From: a virus
IMG/VR virus record: IMGVR_UViG_3300008120_009632
Coordinates: 23,452-87,451 of that record
Direction: 5' to 3' (one strand)
Length of the DNA stretch: 64,000 nt
The position numbers and the translations under genes are program-made. The notes beneath the pieces were generated by a model. That model searched no databases, was not told the origin of the DNA, and saw only the letters and a list, made by a program, of their open reading frames with translations. Shown here piece by piece: positions 39,628-49,545 of this stretch. The first letter of the stretch is position 1. Each line of letters begins with the position of its first letter.

Positions 39628-40166
39628 TATACTTGTAATGTTAAGAAATTATCTATTCCCATCTGATCAATAAGCTTTAGATAGCTTTCATATAATTCTA
39701 TTCCATTTTCACTACCTTGTAGTAGTGGTATCATACTATTGGCTGTTAGTTCATCTCCAACAGCTCTTGCAGCAGTTATAGTGGCTCGTTCTGTTGCTGC
39801 TGCTTCTCTAACGGAAGCTAAATTATATTGGATCATAGCAACCATATCATGTCTGGTCCATGTTGGAGGACTAACCACCAGTGGTTGATAATCGACATCA
39901 AAAAATTCTAATCTTTTAATATTAATAATAGCATGTCGATGTTCTTCTTCTGCATCATCTTTTAGTACGGCTGCTAGTTTTTTATATCCCCATCTTTCAA
40001 GGTGTACAGCTTGTGCTGATAATGCTGTTGTTTGTTGCCAGTGAATATTTAATGATTGTTTCAATAATTCTATTACTGGATTAGCAGAATAACCTTCTAC
40101 TGTTTGTGCTTCTGCTTCCATTTGATCCCCTTGTTCGTTTTTTAATAATTCATCTATAGTTTTCAT
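39627..40166 (-). CDS. bfr: Bacterioferritin-like protein with altered metal ligands
   Basis: VI..L, WG.K.L, EE..HA, R..F, C-terminal L.LI..MG..N(F/Y)L..Q. Confidence 0.82.
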   Translation of the reverse strand: MKTIDELLKNEQGDQMEAEAQTVEGYSANPVIELLKQSLNIHWQQTTALSAQAVHLERWGYKKLAAVLKDDAEEEHRHAIINIKRLEFFDVDYQPLVVSPPTWTRHDMVAMIQYNLASVREAAATERATITAARAVGDELTANSMIPLLQGSENGIELYESYLKLIDQMGIDNFLTLQV

Positions 40167-40171
40167 ATTAT

Positions 40172-40840
40172 TCACCATGCTCTACATGACCAGTATCGAG
40201 CTTTCCATTTAGGACCAGGATTATCGCAATTATGTCTTGCTCTAAAGCTCTTACGTCTTTCCGGAATATTTTTTTTGATTTTCATATTAGGATCACCAAA
40301 ATTAACTTTGACAACATTACCCTTATCATTTTTAACATATACACTAGATTTTTTAGGACCATTAGGAGTTCTAAAAGGTTTGTTTAGCTGAACCTTTCTT
40401 CCCTGATACTCTGATCCTTTTCCTATATATATCAATTGTCTTCCATCTTTAGTGTGAATTCCTCTTCTGTCGTAATAATATAATTCATTTGTCACCGGAT
40501 CCCTATATTCAAATTTAGAAAAGATAAGGTCAAATTCTTCTATATCTTCTATGGGATAACCTATGTCCTCATAGTCTTCTTCTTTCGGATTATAAAAATT
40601 TTCTGCTGTTACTTCTTCTGTGAATCCTAATTCTAGATCTTCTAATATTTTTATATACTCAATAGCTTCACAAACATCTTCTAATATAGAAGCAGCGTCA
40701 GATTTTTTTGATGTTTGACCTAAACAAATAGCTATTCTTTGTTTGTTGTCTGGATAGTCTTTCACCATAACATCGCTACTCATACATCTGGCAACGAACT
40801 TCTTTTTTTCTTCATTTTTCTCTGGTTGTGGTATTGGCAT
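40172..40840 (-). CDS. Modular phage protein: N-terminal MP.P...RCM...QR.AIC module and C-terminal DUF6321-like domain
   Basis: EYQGRKVQLNKP, KVNFGDPNM, RRKSFRARH.C, ARYWSC..W. Confidence 0.78.
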   Translation of the reverse strand: MPIPQPEKNEEKKKFVARCMSSDVMVKDYPDNKQRIAICLGQTSKKSDAASILEDVCEAIEYIKILEDLELGFTEEVTAENFYNPKEEDYEDIGYPIEDIEEFDLIFSKFEYRDPVTNELYYYDRRGIHTKDGRQLIYIGKGSEYQGRKVQLNKPFRTPNGPKKSSVYVKNDKGNVVKVNFGDPNMKIKKNIPERRKSFRARHNCDNPGPKWKARYWSCRAW

Positions 40841-40862
40841 AATAAAATCCTTTATTGAGATA

Positions 40863-41924
40863 TTAAAATATACACCTCAAAATGCAGTCAGTAGTATTTG
40901 ACCAAGTATATTTATTGGCCGTTATAATACCATTAGGATTTGTTGTGACCCTATTAGTATATGCATATCTCATATGATAGATTATTTGATCTATTTGTTT
41001 AGGTCCTATTTTTGCCCAATTACCCTGACCATTAAATGCTTTATTATCAAATGCTTTTTCTGTTGAATCAATATCTACAAGCATACAATTATCTTTGTTA
41101 CAAAACTCAGTATGGGCAGAGTAATCTGTTGCTATAGCTGGTTTATTCATAGCCATTGTTTCTAATAATTCCAAATTCCACCCCTCTGCTCTTGATGGAT
41201 ATAGACCACAATCAGAGTTTGCTATTAATTGAGCAATTTGGTATTGATTATCAACTCCATTAAACAGTTTGATTCTAGGGTCGGTTGAATATATATCTTT
41301 CCATGTTTTTAATTCGTTTGCATTGGAGTAATTATTAGTTTGTTCAGAGGCTAGGACCCATAGTTCAACATCCTCTTCTGTTGGAAAAGCATCCTTAAAA
41401 ACTTTATAAATAAAATCATGGCCTTTTCTAATTTCCCATTTTCCAATATTCAAGAATACATATTTATGATCAGTTCTGGTTCTTTGAATTTTTTGGTAAT
41501 CAAAAATAGTACAATCCACACCAAGCGGAACTATTTCGGTTAGCGTTGAAACATTATCTTGTATAATATTTTTAGCCCATTGACTAGTTGCAAAGATTAC
41601 ATCTGGAACACTTAAACTCATTTGTTCTTGATGATTGAATGTGTCTAGTTCAAAAAATGGAAATGCATAATATTGACCTCGTCCAATATGTTCCAGTAGG
41701 TCAAACTGATGCCATATTTTAAGATATGGGGAATTAACATCAAATTTTAATCTTCTGTTATACATCTGGACGAGCATTTTTTGGTCTTGCTCAGAATTTA
41801 TTGATGGATTTCCTATTGGAAAATAGATTATATCCTGTTCTTTTTCATATAAAGATTTTAATATATTAATAGATGCTAGTCCATAGCCAGTATTATTTAC
41901 AGGACAAGATATTGCTATACTCAT
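40863..41924 (-). CDS. GT4 glycosyltransferase
   Basis: TGYG, VPLGVD, GKWE.RKG, PSRAEGWNLELLE.MA..KP. Confidence 0.9.
   Translation of the reverse strand: MSIAISCPVNNTGYGLASINILKSLYEKEQDIIYFPIGNPSINSEQDQKMLVQMYNRRLKFDVNSPYLKIWHQFDLLEHIGRGQYYAFPFFELDTFNHQEQMSLSVPDVIFATSQWAKNIIQDNVSTLTEIVPLGVDCTIFDYQKIQRTRTDHKYVFLNIGKWEIRKGHDFIYKVFKDAFPTEEDVELWVLASEQTNNYSNANELKTWKDIYSTDPRIKLFNGVDNQYQIAQLIANSDCGLYPSRAEGWNLELLETMAMNKPAIATDYSAHTEFCNKDNCMLVDIDSTEKAFDNKAFNGQGNWAKIGPKQIDQIIYHMRYAYTNRVTTNPNGIITANKYTWSNTTDCILRCIF
40867..40876 (-). promoter_or_regulatory. GGTGTA-class putative promoter (GGTGTATATT)
   Basis: Inside the last codons (R-C-I-F-stop) of the GT4 gene; precedes the 38472-40840 operon. Confidence 0.5.
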
Positions 41925-43042
41925 TTTTCATATACTTTATTATGTGTATTATTTACTTGTATAAAGGTTGTTTTTTTCCCAAAATCTTTAATTTTATTGG
42001 CTCCGATATAGGTACATGCGCTTCGTATACCACCATAAATATCTTGTAATATCTGTGTTCCTGTTCCTTTATATGATACAGTGACGCATTTACCTTCTGC
42101 TGTTCTATATGTTGCTACTCCATTATGGTGTTTATTCATAGCATTTTCGCTACTCATCCCATAATACTGGAGGGTGGTTTTTCTTGTTCTTGGAGGGTCA
42201 AATTTATATCCTGGATCTAATGGTTGCCAAAATCCCATACTTGTTAAATATTCATATTTCCATTCTCCTTCACACTCATCTGCTCCAGCAAACATACTTC
42301 CTAACATTACAAAATCACTATTGCCACCAAATGCTTTGCAAATATCTCCGACCACCTTACAACCTCCATCAGAACAGATATGCCCACCAAGACCATGGGC
42401 AGCATCAGCGCATTCCATCACAGCACTCAATTGAGGGTATCCTACGCCAGTTTTTAAACGTGTAGTACATACACTACCAGAACCTATACCAACCTTAACT
42501 ATATCAACCTGTCCATGAATAATCAGTTCTTCTGTCATTTCTGGAGTAACAACATTTCCAGCCATTAGAATAGATTCTGGAAATAGTTTACGTATTTTAT
42601 GAGCTGTCTTAACAAAGTGTTCAGTATAGCCATTTGCTACATCCAGACAAATATTTGGAGATTTTTTGCCTTTGGTATATAAAGCTTCGGTTATATGAGT
42701 AAATTTATTTAAATCTTTTTCTGATGTTCCTATAGAATAAAATGTTTTTTCTGTAATATTATTTGATTCGTTAGTAAAAAAATTAATTATATCAGTTGTT
42801 ACATAGTGCTTATGCAAGCAAACTATTGATCCTGACTGACACAATGTTCTAGCCATAGCAAAAGTTCCTACTGTATCCATATTAGCAACCATAATAGGAA
42901 CAACAGATAATTTTCTTGGAGAATACTTAAATTTAAATTCTCTTTCTATACAAACTTCAGATCGACTATTTAATGTGGATCTTTTTGGTCTGATTAGTAC
43001 GTCATCGAAATCTAGTTTTAGTTCGTTAATTATTTTCTGCAT
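41921..43042 (-). CDS. guaC: GMP reductase
   Basis: LDFDDVLIRPKRS, ANMD, DVANGY, GIGSGSVCTTR, YGMSS, EGK. Confidence 0.93.
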   Translation of the reverse strand: MQKIINELKLDFDDVLIRPKRSTLNSRSEVCIEREFKFKYSPRKLSVVPIMVANMDTVGTFAMARTLCQSGSIVCLHKHYVTTDIINFFTNESNNITEKTFYSIGTSEKDLNKFTHITEALYTKGKKSPNICLDVANGYTEHFVKTAHKIRKLFPESILMAGNVVTPEMTEELIIHGQVDIVKVGIGSGSVCTTRLKTGVGYPQLSAVMECADAAHGLGGHICSDGGCKVVGDICKAFGGNSDFVMLGSMFAGADECEGEWKYEYLTSMGFWQPLDPGYKFDPPRTRKTTLQYYGMSSENAMNKHHNGVATYRTAEGKCVTVSYKGTGTQILQDIYGGIRSACTYIGANKIKDFGKKTTFIQVNNTHNKVYEK

Positions 43043-43043
43043 A

Positions 43044-43247
43044 TTAAATTTCTTTTAAATGTTTATCGGTATCGTAACATTTCCATTTTCTAAAATCTTC
43101 AAAACCTTGTTCGCTTATGCAAATTTTTGGTCCTGTTATAAGTCCGCGACCCTTATAATGAGTCAGAGCTGCTAATATAGCACATTTATGGTCTGTACAA
43201 TCTACTATAAATTTGATCTGGCCAGATTTTACATAATATTTTGGCAT
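43044..43247 (-). CDS. Small hypothetical protein
   Basis: Fills the gap in the operon. Confidence 0.65.
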   Translation of the reverse strand: MPKYYVKSGQIKFIVDCTDHKCAILAALTHYKGRGLITGPKICISEQGFEDFRKWKCYDTDKHLKEI

Positions 43248-43254
43248 AGATGAT

Positions 43255-43788
43255 CTAGATATTAAAGAAGTACCATCTTTTATGATTATTTATTTCTGAT
43301 GAGACATGGATGTATTGTAAATATTCTTTAATGGATTGCCAAGAAGAAAAGATCATTTCATGTGGTATAGTTCCAAATAACCAATCAGGAGCATTTTGTT
43401 TGCCCTGAACCATATGTATCAATATTGGTTTTTTTTGACGATTAGCCCAAAAAATTTCTTCATATGTTCCACATGGATGAATATCAAGATCTAAATTAAC
43501 TATCAGAAAATCACTAATATCAACTAAACGTAAGTCTACTGATCTGATGGTTTTCATTAAATTGGATAATTTATCATACTCATTATTTGTTTTGTAAGCT
43601 TTTTTAAGAGACTGAACTTCTTCGTCTTCTTTTCCTATAGATGTTGGCTTTTTTATAGGATTGAATACAACGATTCCTAAAGATTCCAGAAATGGAGTTA
43701 TATCATCTCTCCATCCGTTACCTCTATCAGCAACACGATCCATCGCACCAGCTAAATAAACTCTTTGATTTTGTAATTTTTTATTCAT
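43255..43788 (-). CDS. Nucleoside 2-deoxyribosyltransferase-superfamily protein
   Basis: VYLAG.M, WR, FNP, DL..VD.SD, GT.EE...A....KP. Confidence 0.8.
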   Translation of the reverse strand: MNKKLQNQRVYLAGAMDRVADRGNGWRDDITPFLESLGIVVFNPIKKPTSIGKEDEEVQSLKKAYKTNNEYDKLSNLMKTIRSVDLRLVDISDFLIVNLDLDIHPCGTYEEIFWANRQKKPILIHMVQGKQNAPDWLFGTIPHEMIFSSWQSIKEYLQYIHVSSEINNHKRWYFFNI

Positions 43789-44621
43789 AAAATAGAATCA
43801 AAATATTCCTTACATTCATTATTAGAAGTTTTCTGACTATTCTCTATAATCTCATTAATTCTTTCGTCAGATACTTTATTTGCTATTCCATATTTTCCAA
43901 TATACTTATATAGATTATTTTTATGTATACAAATTAAATCTTCTACACAAAAAGGAAATTTACTTGTTGAAAAAAATGGAATTAATCCGTGTTGATGCGG
44001 GAGAAAACAAAGGTATCCGATATCTTCCATGAGTTTGAGTAGAACCTGTGGGGTTTTATTATGTTTTATTAGACAATATCCATTCATTTCTAATAAAATT
44101 GGTGGTAAAAATTTATTAATAGTATTCATAGCCCCATTAATAGCTTCATATTCGTTGCCTTCAATATCTATTTTTAGTGCTATGACCTTATCTATATTAT
44201 GTTTTTTTACTATATTATCTAGAGTATCCGATACTTGATCTCCATCATCAGATAATGACGCTGAACCAAATGGTCCATAATCTGAAGAAAAATTACATTT
44301 AGCTACTTTGTCTAAAAGTATGCATTGCTCTATTTTTGCATTTGGTAAATTACGAAATGTTTGTTGCAAACATTCTATATTTTTAGATGCACCATCTATC
44401 ATCAAAATATTTTGTTTATTTATTGCTGGTAAAAATCCAAAGGTTCCTATGTGAGATCCGCAATCTATGATCCAGCCATCATGATTATCTTCTTGGATAA
44501 AAGCGTTTAATATAAAATAATTATTAGATCCAAATAGTTGACCATTTTTTAAATAGGAGATTACAGGATCTGTTGAGTCATAATAGTAGAAATCATGATC
44601 ACTAATTTTTATGGAATTCAT
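43785..44621 (-). CDS. FkbM-family methyltransferase
   Basis: IDCGSHIG, TLD, LKIDIEG.E. Confidence 0.88.
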   Translation of the reverse strand: MNSIKISDHDFYYYDSTDPVISYLKNGQLFGSNNYFILNAFIQEDNHDGWIIDCGSHIGTFGFLPAINKQNILMIDGASKNIECLQQTFRNLPNAKIEQCILLDKVAKCNFSSDYGPFGSASLSDDGDQVSDTLDNIVKKHNIDKVIALKIDIEGNEYEAINGAMNTINKFLPPILLEMNGYCLIKHNKTPQVLLKLMEDIGYLCFLPHQHGLIPFFSTSKFPFCVEDLICIHKNNLYKYIGKYGIANKVSDERINEIIENSQKTSNNECKEYFDSIL

Positions 44622-44627
44622 ATGGTC

Positions 44628-44768
44628 CTATTTAAAGAAAAAGAAAGAGATAAAATAATTTGGAGATTGATCAGTAGTATATTGAACACTACTATTGATT
44701 TTTTTACCTCCGTCTATCCATCCAAGAATAACAGCAAAAACAAGACAGAACAAGATAAAACTTGACAT
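44628..44768 (-). CDS. 46-aa membrane/secreted peptide (not in ORF track)
   Basis: MSSFILFCLVFAVILGWIDGG...; AAGGAG SD and its own promoter. Confidence 0.65.
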   Translation of the reverse strand: MSSFILFCLVFAVILGWIDGGKKINSSVQYTTDQSPNYFISFFFFK

Positions 44769-44787
44769 ACCAAACTCCTTTACATCT

Positions 44788-44815
44788 ATTATACGGGATC
44801 AGACGAGAAAAACAA
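44788..44815 (-). promoter_or_regulatory. sigma70-like promoter TTGTTT-N16-TATAAT
   Basis: Perfect -10, 16-bp spacer, upstream of the 46-aa ORF. Confidence 0.6.
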
Positions 44816-44829
44816 CATGGTGTTATAAC

Positions 44830-45590
44830 TCAAATTTGAATCCATGTATCTGGTATCATTCCTATACTATTGTTATCTTGTACGCCAAACCATCTTTTGG
44901 GAGCCACAACTGTTTTATTATTGCTTTGATTGATCCAGGCTGACCACCAACTGAATGAACTATTAGCTATAATATTATGTTTACAATATGACATTAAAAT
45001 CAAATCTTCTATATTTGAATGACCGGTGACAAATACCATATTATCGTATTTAAGATTATTTTTGCACCATTCTATATCATCAGAAAACACAAAAATTTTA
45101 TCGTAGTTATCCATATGATTCAAAGCATTGTTATAGTATTGAATATCTTGTACAGGATGGTAGTTCTGGTGAAGTAGATAGTCTGTTCTTCTAACGTGTA
45201 GGGAGACACTGTTACAATTGATAATAGGTTCATAGAATTTATTATTTTTGATACTATCTAAATTGAGATAATTTAATATAATCTGTTTATTATGTTTAAA
45301 ATATTTTTCTTTTTGAAAATATCCATTTAAGTAGTAATTAGAATTTTTATTAATATTTTCTATAGGAGTATTATCATTGATAATATATAACGGTTGATTA
45401 TATTCGATATCTATTGGTTTTTCTTGGATTAATGGAAATTTATTTAACTCTAAATATCTTTTGGTAATTCCTGGTATATCTTGATACAAAAAAGATAGAT
45501 CAAGATAAAGTTCTGTATTTAAGTCTATAGACAGGCTTTTTCCAAATGCCCACTGAAATAATTGATTTCCTAAACCACCTTGTAATTTTT
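44830..45590 (-). CDS. GT11 alpha-1,2-fucosyltransferase-like protein, start codon missing
   Basis: In-frame KLQGGLGNQLFQ upstream of the called ORF; GYFQ, HVRRTDY, FSDD, NSSFSWW. Confidence 0.85.
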
Positions 45591-46082
45591 GTTTTTTGAT
45601 CCAGTTAAATACATGTTATGTTCTACGGTGATAAGGTTACAGACATACTTATCAAAAGGGAATTTAGAAAGAGCTTTACTTTCATATCCTTCTATGTCTA
45701 AACTCATATAGTCTATAATTTGAGGAACATTATATTTAATAAATAATTCTTGAAATGTAGTACTCTCTATATTATAGGACTTATTTGTGTTTTCAAGTAC
45801 TATTTTGCTTGACATAGATATGTCATTAATTTTGATGAATCCACAATAGTCACTAACTGCAACCATAACATTTTGAGAATTTGGTCTATTGTTTTTTAAT
45901 AATTCAAAATTATTAGGATTTGCTTCGACCAATAATCCTGTCCAGTCATGTTCAGTTTCTAGTAAATATGAATTAGAAAAATGAATACCGTCATATGCTC
46001 CTATGTCTAGAAAATATCCATTTTTTTTATAGTTTGTTGTTTTTATAACCCATAGATCTTGTTCAATTTGCGAGTATGTCAT
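45570..46082 (-). CDS. FkbM-family methyltransferase, C-terminus apparently truncated
   Basis: YSQ..QD, FLDIGAYDG..FSN, IDYMSLDIEG.E, TVEHN. Confidence 0.85.
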   Translation of the reverse strand: MTYSQIEQDLWVIKTTNYKKNGYFLDIGAYDGIHFSNSYLLETEHDWTGLLVEANPNNFELLKNNRPNSQNVMVAVSDYCGFIKINDISMSSKIVLENTNKSYNIESTTFQELFIKYNVPQIIDYMSLDIEGYESKALSKFPFDKYVCNLITVEHNMYLTGSKNKNYKVV

Positions 46083-46090
46083 TTATATTC

Positions 46091-46858
46091 CTAAAAATAA
46101 AGTATTAAATTATCATTAAATGTCTCAGGATCTTCCTTTAATAATTTACACATGTGTTGTTTATTGAACAGACAGATGAGACTGTCTTTGGTATGGGACT
46201 CTATATTAAACAAATGACTAATAAAATTTAATGTAAAATATCCATTTTTAGACTGCTTGATTATATTTTCATAATAAAAATTTTGAAGATCTTTGCTCAG
46301 TTCTGAATAAGCATAATTACTTATGACCAGATCATATTCTATGTTTTTATTATTTATTAATTCATCTATAGTTATGAGTTGAAAATTAATATTAAGTTTT
46401 GTTAAATATTTATTTATCAAAGATTGTGTCTCAGGTATATCTACGATATAATATGTTTTAAATTTAAATACTTGATTTAACATAAAACATTGGCCACCAT
46501 ATCCGCATCCTATTTCTATGATAGTTTTATTATTTAAGTCTTGAAATATATTAATAATATCAGAGACAACTTTAATATATCTTAATGATGATGGAGATAT
46601 TAATCCTATATCTGGGTAGTCATATACTACTGATCCTCCTAGGCTATCATTTATTTTAAATTTATTTATATATTTTATATAGTCAGGAAAATTTGTTTTT
46701 ATATTATTTAGATATAATAATCCATTTTCATAAGTTGTATGTTCTAGAATTTCTGTATAATGTCTATTCCTTTTAAAGGTTTCAAAAACTGAATCATTAC
46801 TTGCTGCTAACTTACAAATGTTAACATAGTTATTGTTTTTTTGACTAATGCTATTCAT
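46091..46858 (-). CDS. Putative sugar O-methyltransferase
   Basis: S..LRY, IEIGCGYGG, DLVISNYA.SEL....Q..Y. Confidence 0.8.
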   Translation of the reverse strand: MNSISQKNNNYVNICKLAASNDSVFETFKRNRHYTEILEHTTYENGLLYLNNIKTNFPDYIKYINKFKINDSLGGSVVYDYPDIGLISPSSLRYIKVVSDIINIFQDLNNKTIIEIGCGYGGQCFMLNQVFKFKTYYIVDIPETQSLINKYLTKLNINFQLITIDELINNKNIEYDLVISNYAYSELSKDLQNFYYENIIKQSKNGYFTLNFISHLFNIESHTKDSLICLFNKQHMCKLLKEDPETFNDNLILYF

Positions 46859-47574
46859 ATATACATGTTTCTAATTATTTGTTCTGATATTTGTTGTTCT
46901 TTTCTGCCTCCAGAGGCTGATCCAGATTTATGATCATTGAAGGGGCTAATATCATTATATATTAATAATATTTTTGGTATATGTTTATATCTATCTTGGC
47001 CAGCCATTTCAAGCATGGGAAAAGAGTATGCCATGTCAGCAGTTATCTTAAAATAATCATTAGTTCTGGGATCTATAAAATATTTTTTATCAATACTTCT
47101 CCATAAAGAAGCTTTCCATGATCTCAAATGAGAAAATATAAATGGAGACTGTCTAATATTTGATATAATAACGGAATTAGAAAACCCAATCCTGCCATCA
47201 CAGTATACAAACTTACTATTACTAATTAAAATTTTTGAATTATTATATGTTTCATATATAGTATCAATAACATCATCATTTGCTAACCAATCATCTCCAT
47301 CTAATTCTAGTATAATATCATCAGTTTGTATAAGATTTTCATCAGATATAAGATTATCAAAATTTTTGAGTTTATATTTTTTTTCTGTATTTTTTATTAA
47401 TGTTATATTTGAAATATTATTAATTTTATCTTTAATTATGCTAATAGAATTATCTGATGATACATCATCAATTATAAACATATGAAAGTTTTGATTTTTC
47501 TGTTGTTTAACAGAGTCTATACATTTTCCTATGTATTGTTCAGCATTCCATACGCATGTTAAGATATTTATCAT
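46855..47574 (-). CDS. GT2 glycosyltransferase
   Basis: NAEQYI.KCI.SV..Q, IDD.S.D, LDGDD. Confidence 0.88.
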   Translation of the reverse strand: MINILTCVWNAEQYIGKCIDSVKQQKNQNFHMFIIDDVSSDNSISIIKDKINNISNITLIKNTEKKYKLKNFDNLISDENLIQTDDIILELDGDDWLANDDVIDTIYETYNNSKILISNSKFVYCDGRIGFSNSVIISNIRQSPFIFSHLRSWKASLWRSIDKKYFIDPRTNDYFKITADMAYSFPMLEMAGQDRYKHIPKILLIYNDISPFNDHKSGSASGGRKEQQISEQIIRNMYI

Positions 47575-47576
47575 AA

Positions 47577-48458
47577 TTATATCTTATCTATAATAGACCA
47601 AAAAGTTTGTGGTCTTGAGGAAATGTAATCTAATGTTTTAGATTCTTCTTTCCACCACCATTCGGTAACATGCTGACAATTGATATTAGTTATAACATGT
47701 AGTCCTAATAGTCTTGCCTCTATAATTGCTCTAGGACAAGTATCATCAATAATAGGTAAAAATACTAATCCTTTATATTGAGATAATAACTTAATATGAT
47801 TTTCATATTTTTGTATAGGTAAAATATCATATTCTAGATTATTGGTTATGCAAAAATTTTTAGCTATATCAGCGCCCTTTGCTTCGCTATGCCATCCTCC
47901 AAAACCTTGTAAAATAGCATATCTATTATTTTTTGGAGTAGCTTTCAATGATTCAAAAAGAGCTAACGACTGCTTTGAGAAACATGAAGATAATATTGTC
48001 GTTTTAGAAAAATCTAATAATGGTATATGATTTGCATATATTGATCGTTGCCTTTCTGACATAAAGAATATATGACTAGCTTTTTCTATTATTTTATTAT
48101 ACGTTGAAGCTATTTGATTAATTCCAGTTGTACCGTATGGACATGAGCATCTATTATTTCCTAGTTTTTCGTGTGGTATCTCTCCGCGATACGGACAAAA
48201 ATTATAATCAAATTCAATTTTTACAAATCTTGTAATAGTATCAAATAAAACATCTCTGATATCGTCTTGTCTCTGGAAAAGATTCATAATATTACCAATA
48301 ATCCATATCTTATCGGCATGTTTAATAAGATCTAATTTTGACAAATCTCTTGTTGATAGTCTTACTGTTTCATTGATTCTGTCTTCAAACATAGATAGAA
48401 TAGTTAAATTAGTGCCGCCTATTTCTATCGCATCATCATCTAGTAAGACATATTTCAT
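47577..48458 (-). CDS. GT-B (GT4-like) glycosyltransferase
   Basis: IGG, KG, FLP..DDTCPR.IIEA.L.G. Confidence 0.72.
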   Translation of the reverse strand: MKYVLLDDDAIEIGGTNLTILSMFEDRINETVRLSTRDLSKLDLIKHADKIWIIGNIMNLFQRQDDIRDVLFDTITRFVKIEFDYNFCPYRGEIPHEKLGNNRCSCPYGTTGINQIASTYNKIIEKASHIFFMSERQRSIYANHIPLLDFSKTTILSSCFSKQSLALFESLKATPKNNRYAILQGFGGWHSEAKGADIAKNFCITNNLEYDILPIQKYENHIKLLSQYKGLVFLPIIDDTCPRAIIEARLLGLHVITNINCQHVTEWWWKEESKTLDYISSRPQTFWSIIDKI

Positions 48459-48738
48459 ACATATAATCCTTAATAATATTTTTCATGTGCGATCTAATTT
48501 GGTTTCTGGATTCATCTGAATGTCCGAAACTTAGTTCTGACTCATCAAAATCCCAATCTGCATGATATTTACGACATAATTTTTCTATTATAGCAGTATC
48601 AATAGTGATATCTATAATCTGTTTATTATTGATAATATTTTTTATACCATCTATTATTTCAGCATCTTTTTCATGGTATTTAAATATGAGTCTATTGCTC
48701 AACCATTCCAAAAAAACTTTACTTGCGTTTATAGCCAT
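48436..48738 (-). CDS. Hypothetical protein
   Basis: Likely start MAINAS at 48738. Confidence 0.6.
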   Translation of the reverse strand: MAINASKVFLEWLSNRLIFKYHEKDAEIIDGIKNIINNKQIIDITIDTAIIEKLCRKYHADWDFDESELSFGHSDESRNQIRSHMKNIIKDYMYEICLTR

Positions 48739-49300
48739 GACTATCTGCTTTATTAAAAAGATGTACTGTGACATTATATTTGCCCCAGATATCATATATT
48801 AATTCATTAATAAAATTCCAGTTGCCTCCTGCAAGACCACTTCCAAATTTAGGGCAATGTATTTCTATATTCTCTGACTTATTTAAAAATCCGGTATTAG
48901 ACATGATGAATGATGACATAGAGCCCATCGCTTTGGATAAAGCATAATAGTTTAATGGTCTAGGATTATTATGAGATTTTACTCCATTTTGAGCAATCAT
49001 ATTCACTATATAAAGCTTTTGTTTGGTTTTTGGTTCTTCGATTACTTTTATTATTTGACAATATCCAAAATTATTTTTTAGAAAAGTTTTCCCTAACATG
49101 TGATAATCTGCTTTTACTGACGGAAAACGTTCAGCCACATCGGCAGCAAATCCTGCACCAAATAGGTCTATATTATTACAAACATGAGGAATAAATACTG
49201 TTGCTCCATTATTTGGAGTCATTACTCTATTTTTTGACATTTCAAATATGTCAGAGTTTGATACCATTATTCTGTTAGGATTTAGTATATTTGTTTTCAT
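48719..49300 (-). CDS. Macro-domain protein (ADP-ribose binding/hydrolase)
   Basis: DIF, HVCN...FGAGFA, NMIAQ, P.FGSGLAGGNW. Confidence 0.88.
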   Translation of the reverse strand: MKTNILNPNRIMVSNSDIFEMSKNRVMTPNNGATVFIPHVCNNIDLFGAGFAADVAERFPSVKADYHMLGKTFLKNNFGYCQIIKVIEEPKTKQKLYIVNMIAQNGVKSHNNPRPLNYYALSKAMGSMSSFIMSNTGFLNKSENIEIHCPKFGSGLAGGNWNFINELIYDIWGKYNVTVHLFNKADSHGYKRK

Positions 49301-49545
49301 GATATTTTATTCCATTTTCCTATTGGACATTCTTGATCGGCCCATGCTAATTTATTTAGAAACTTACTTTTATTGCTAATAGCACATCCACATACTCCAC
49401 ATTCTAATCTTTGAGAATTATATTTATCACAATTAATGCATATATTATATCTATAAATAATTTGCTCTTTAGTGGATTTTGGAAATCCAGCATAAACATG
49501 AAACATTAAAGATTTTAAAAAGGTCTTAATTCTGATTAATAACAT
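49297..49545 (-). CDS. Small Cys-rich protein (DUF6171-like)
   Basis: R..IC..C, C..CGC, K......CP..KW. Confidence 0.75.
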   Translation of the reverse strand: MLLIRIKTFLKSLMFHVYAGFPKSTKEQIIYRYNICINCDKYNSQRLECGVCGCAISNKSKFLNKLAWADQECPIGKWNKIS

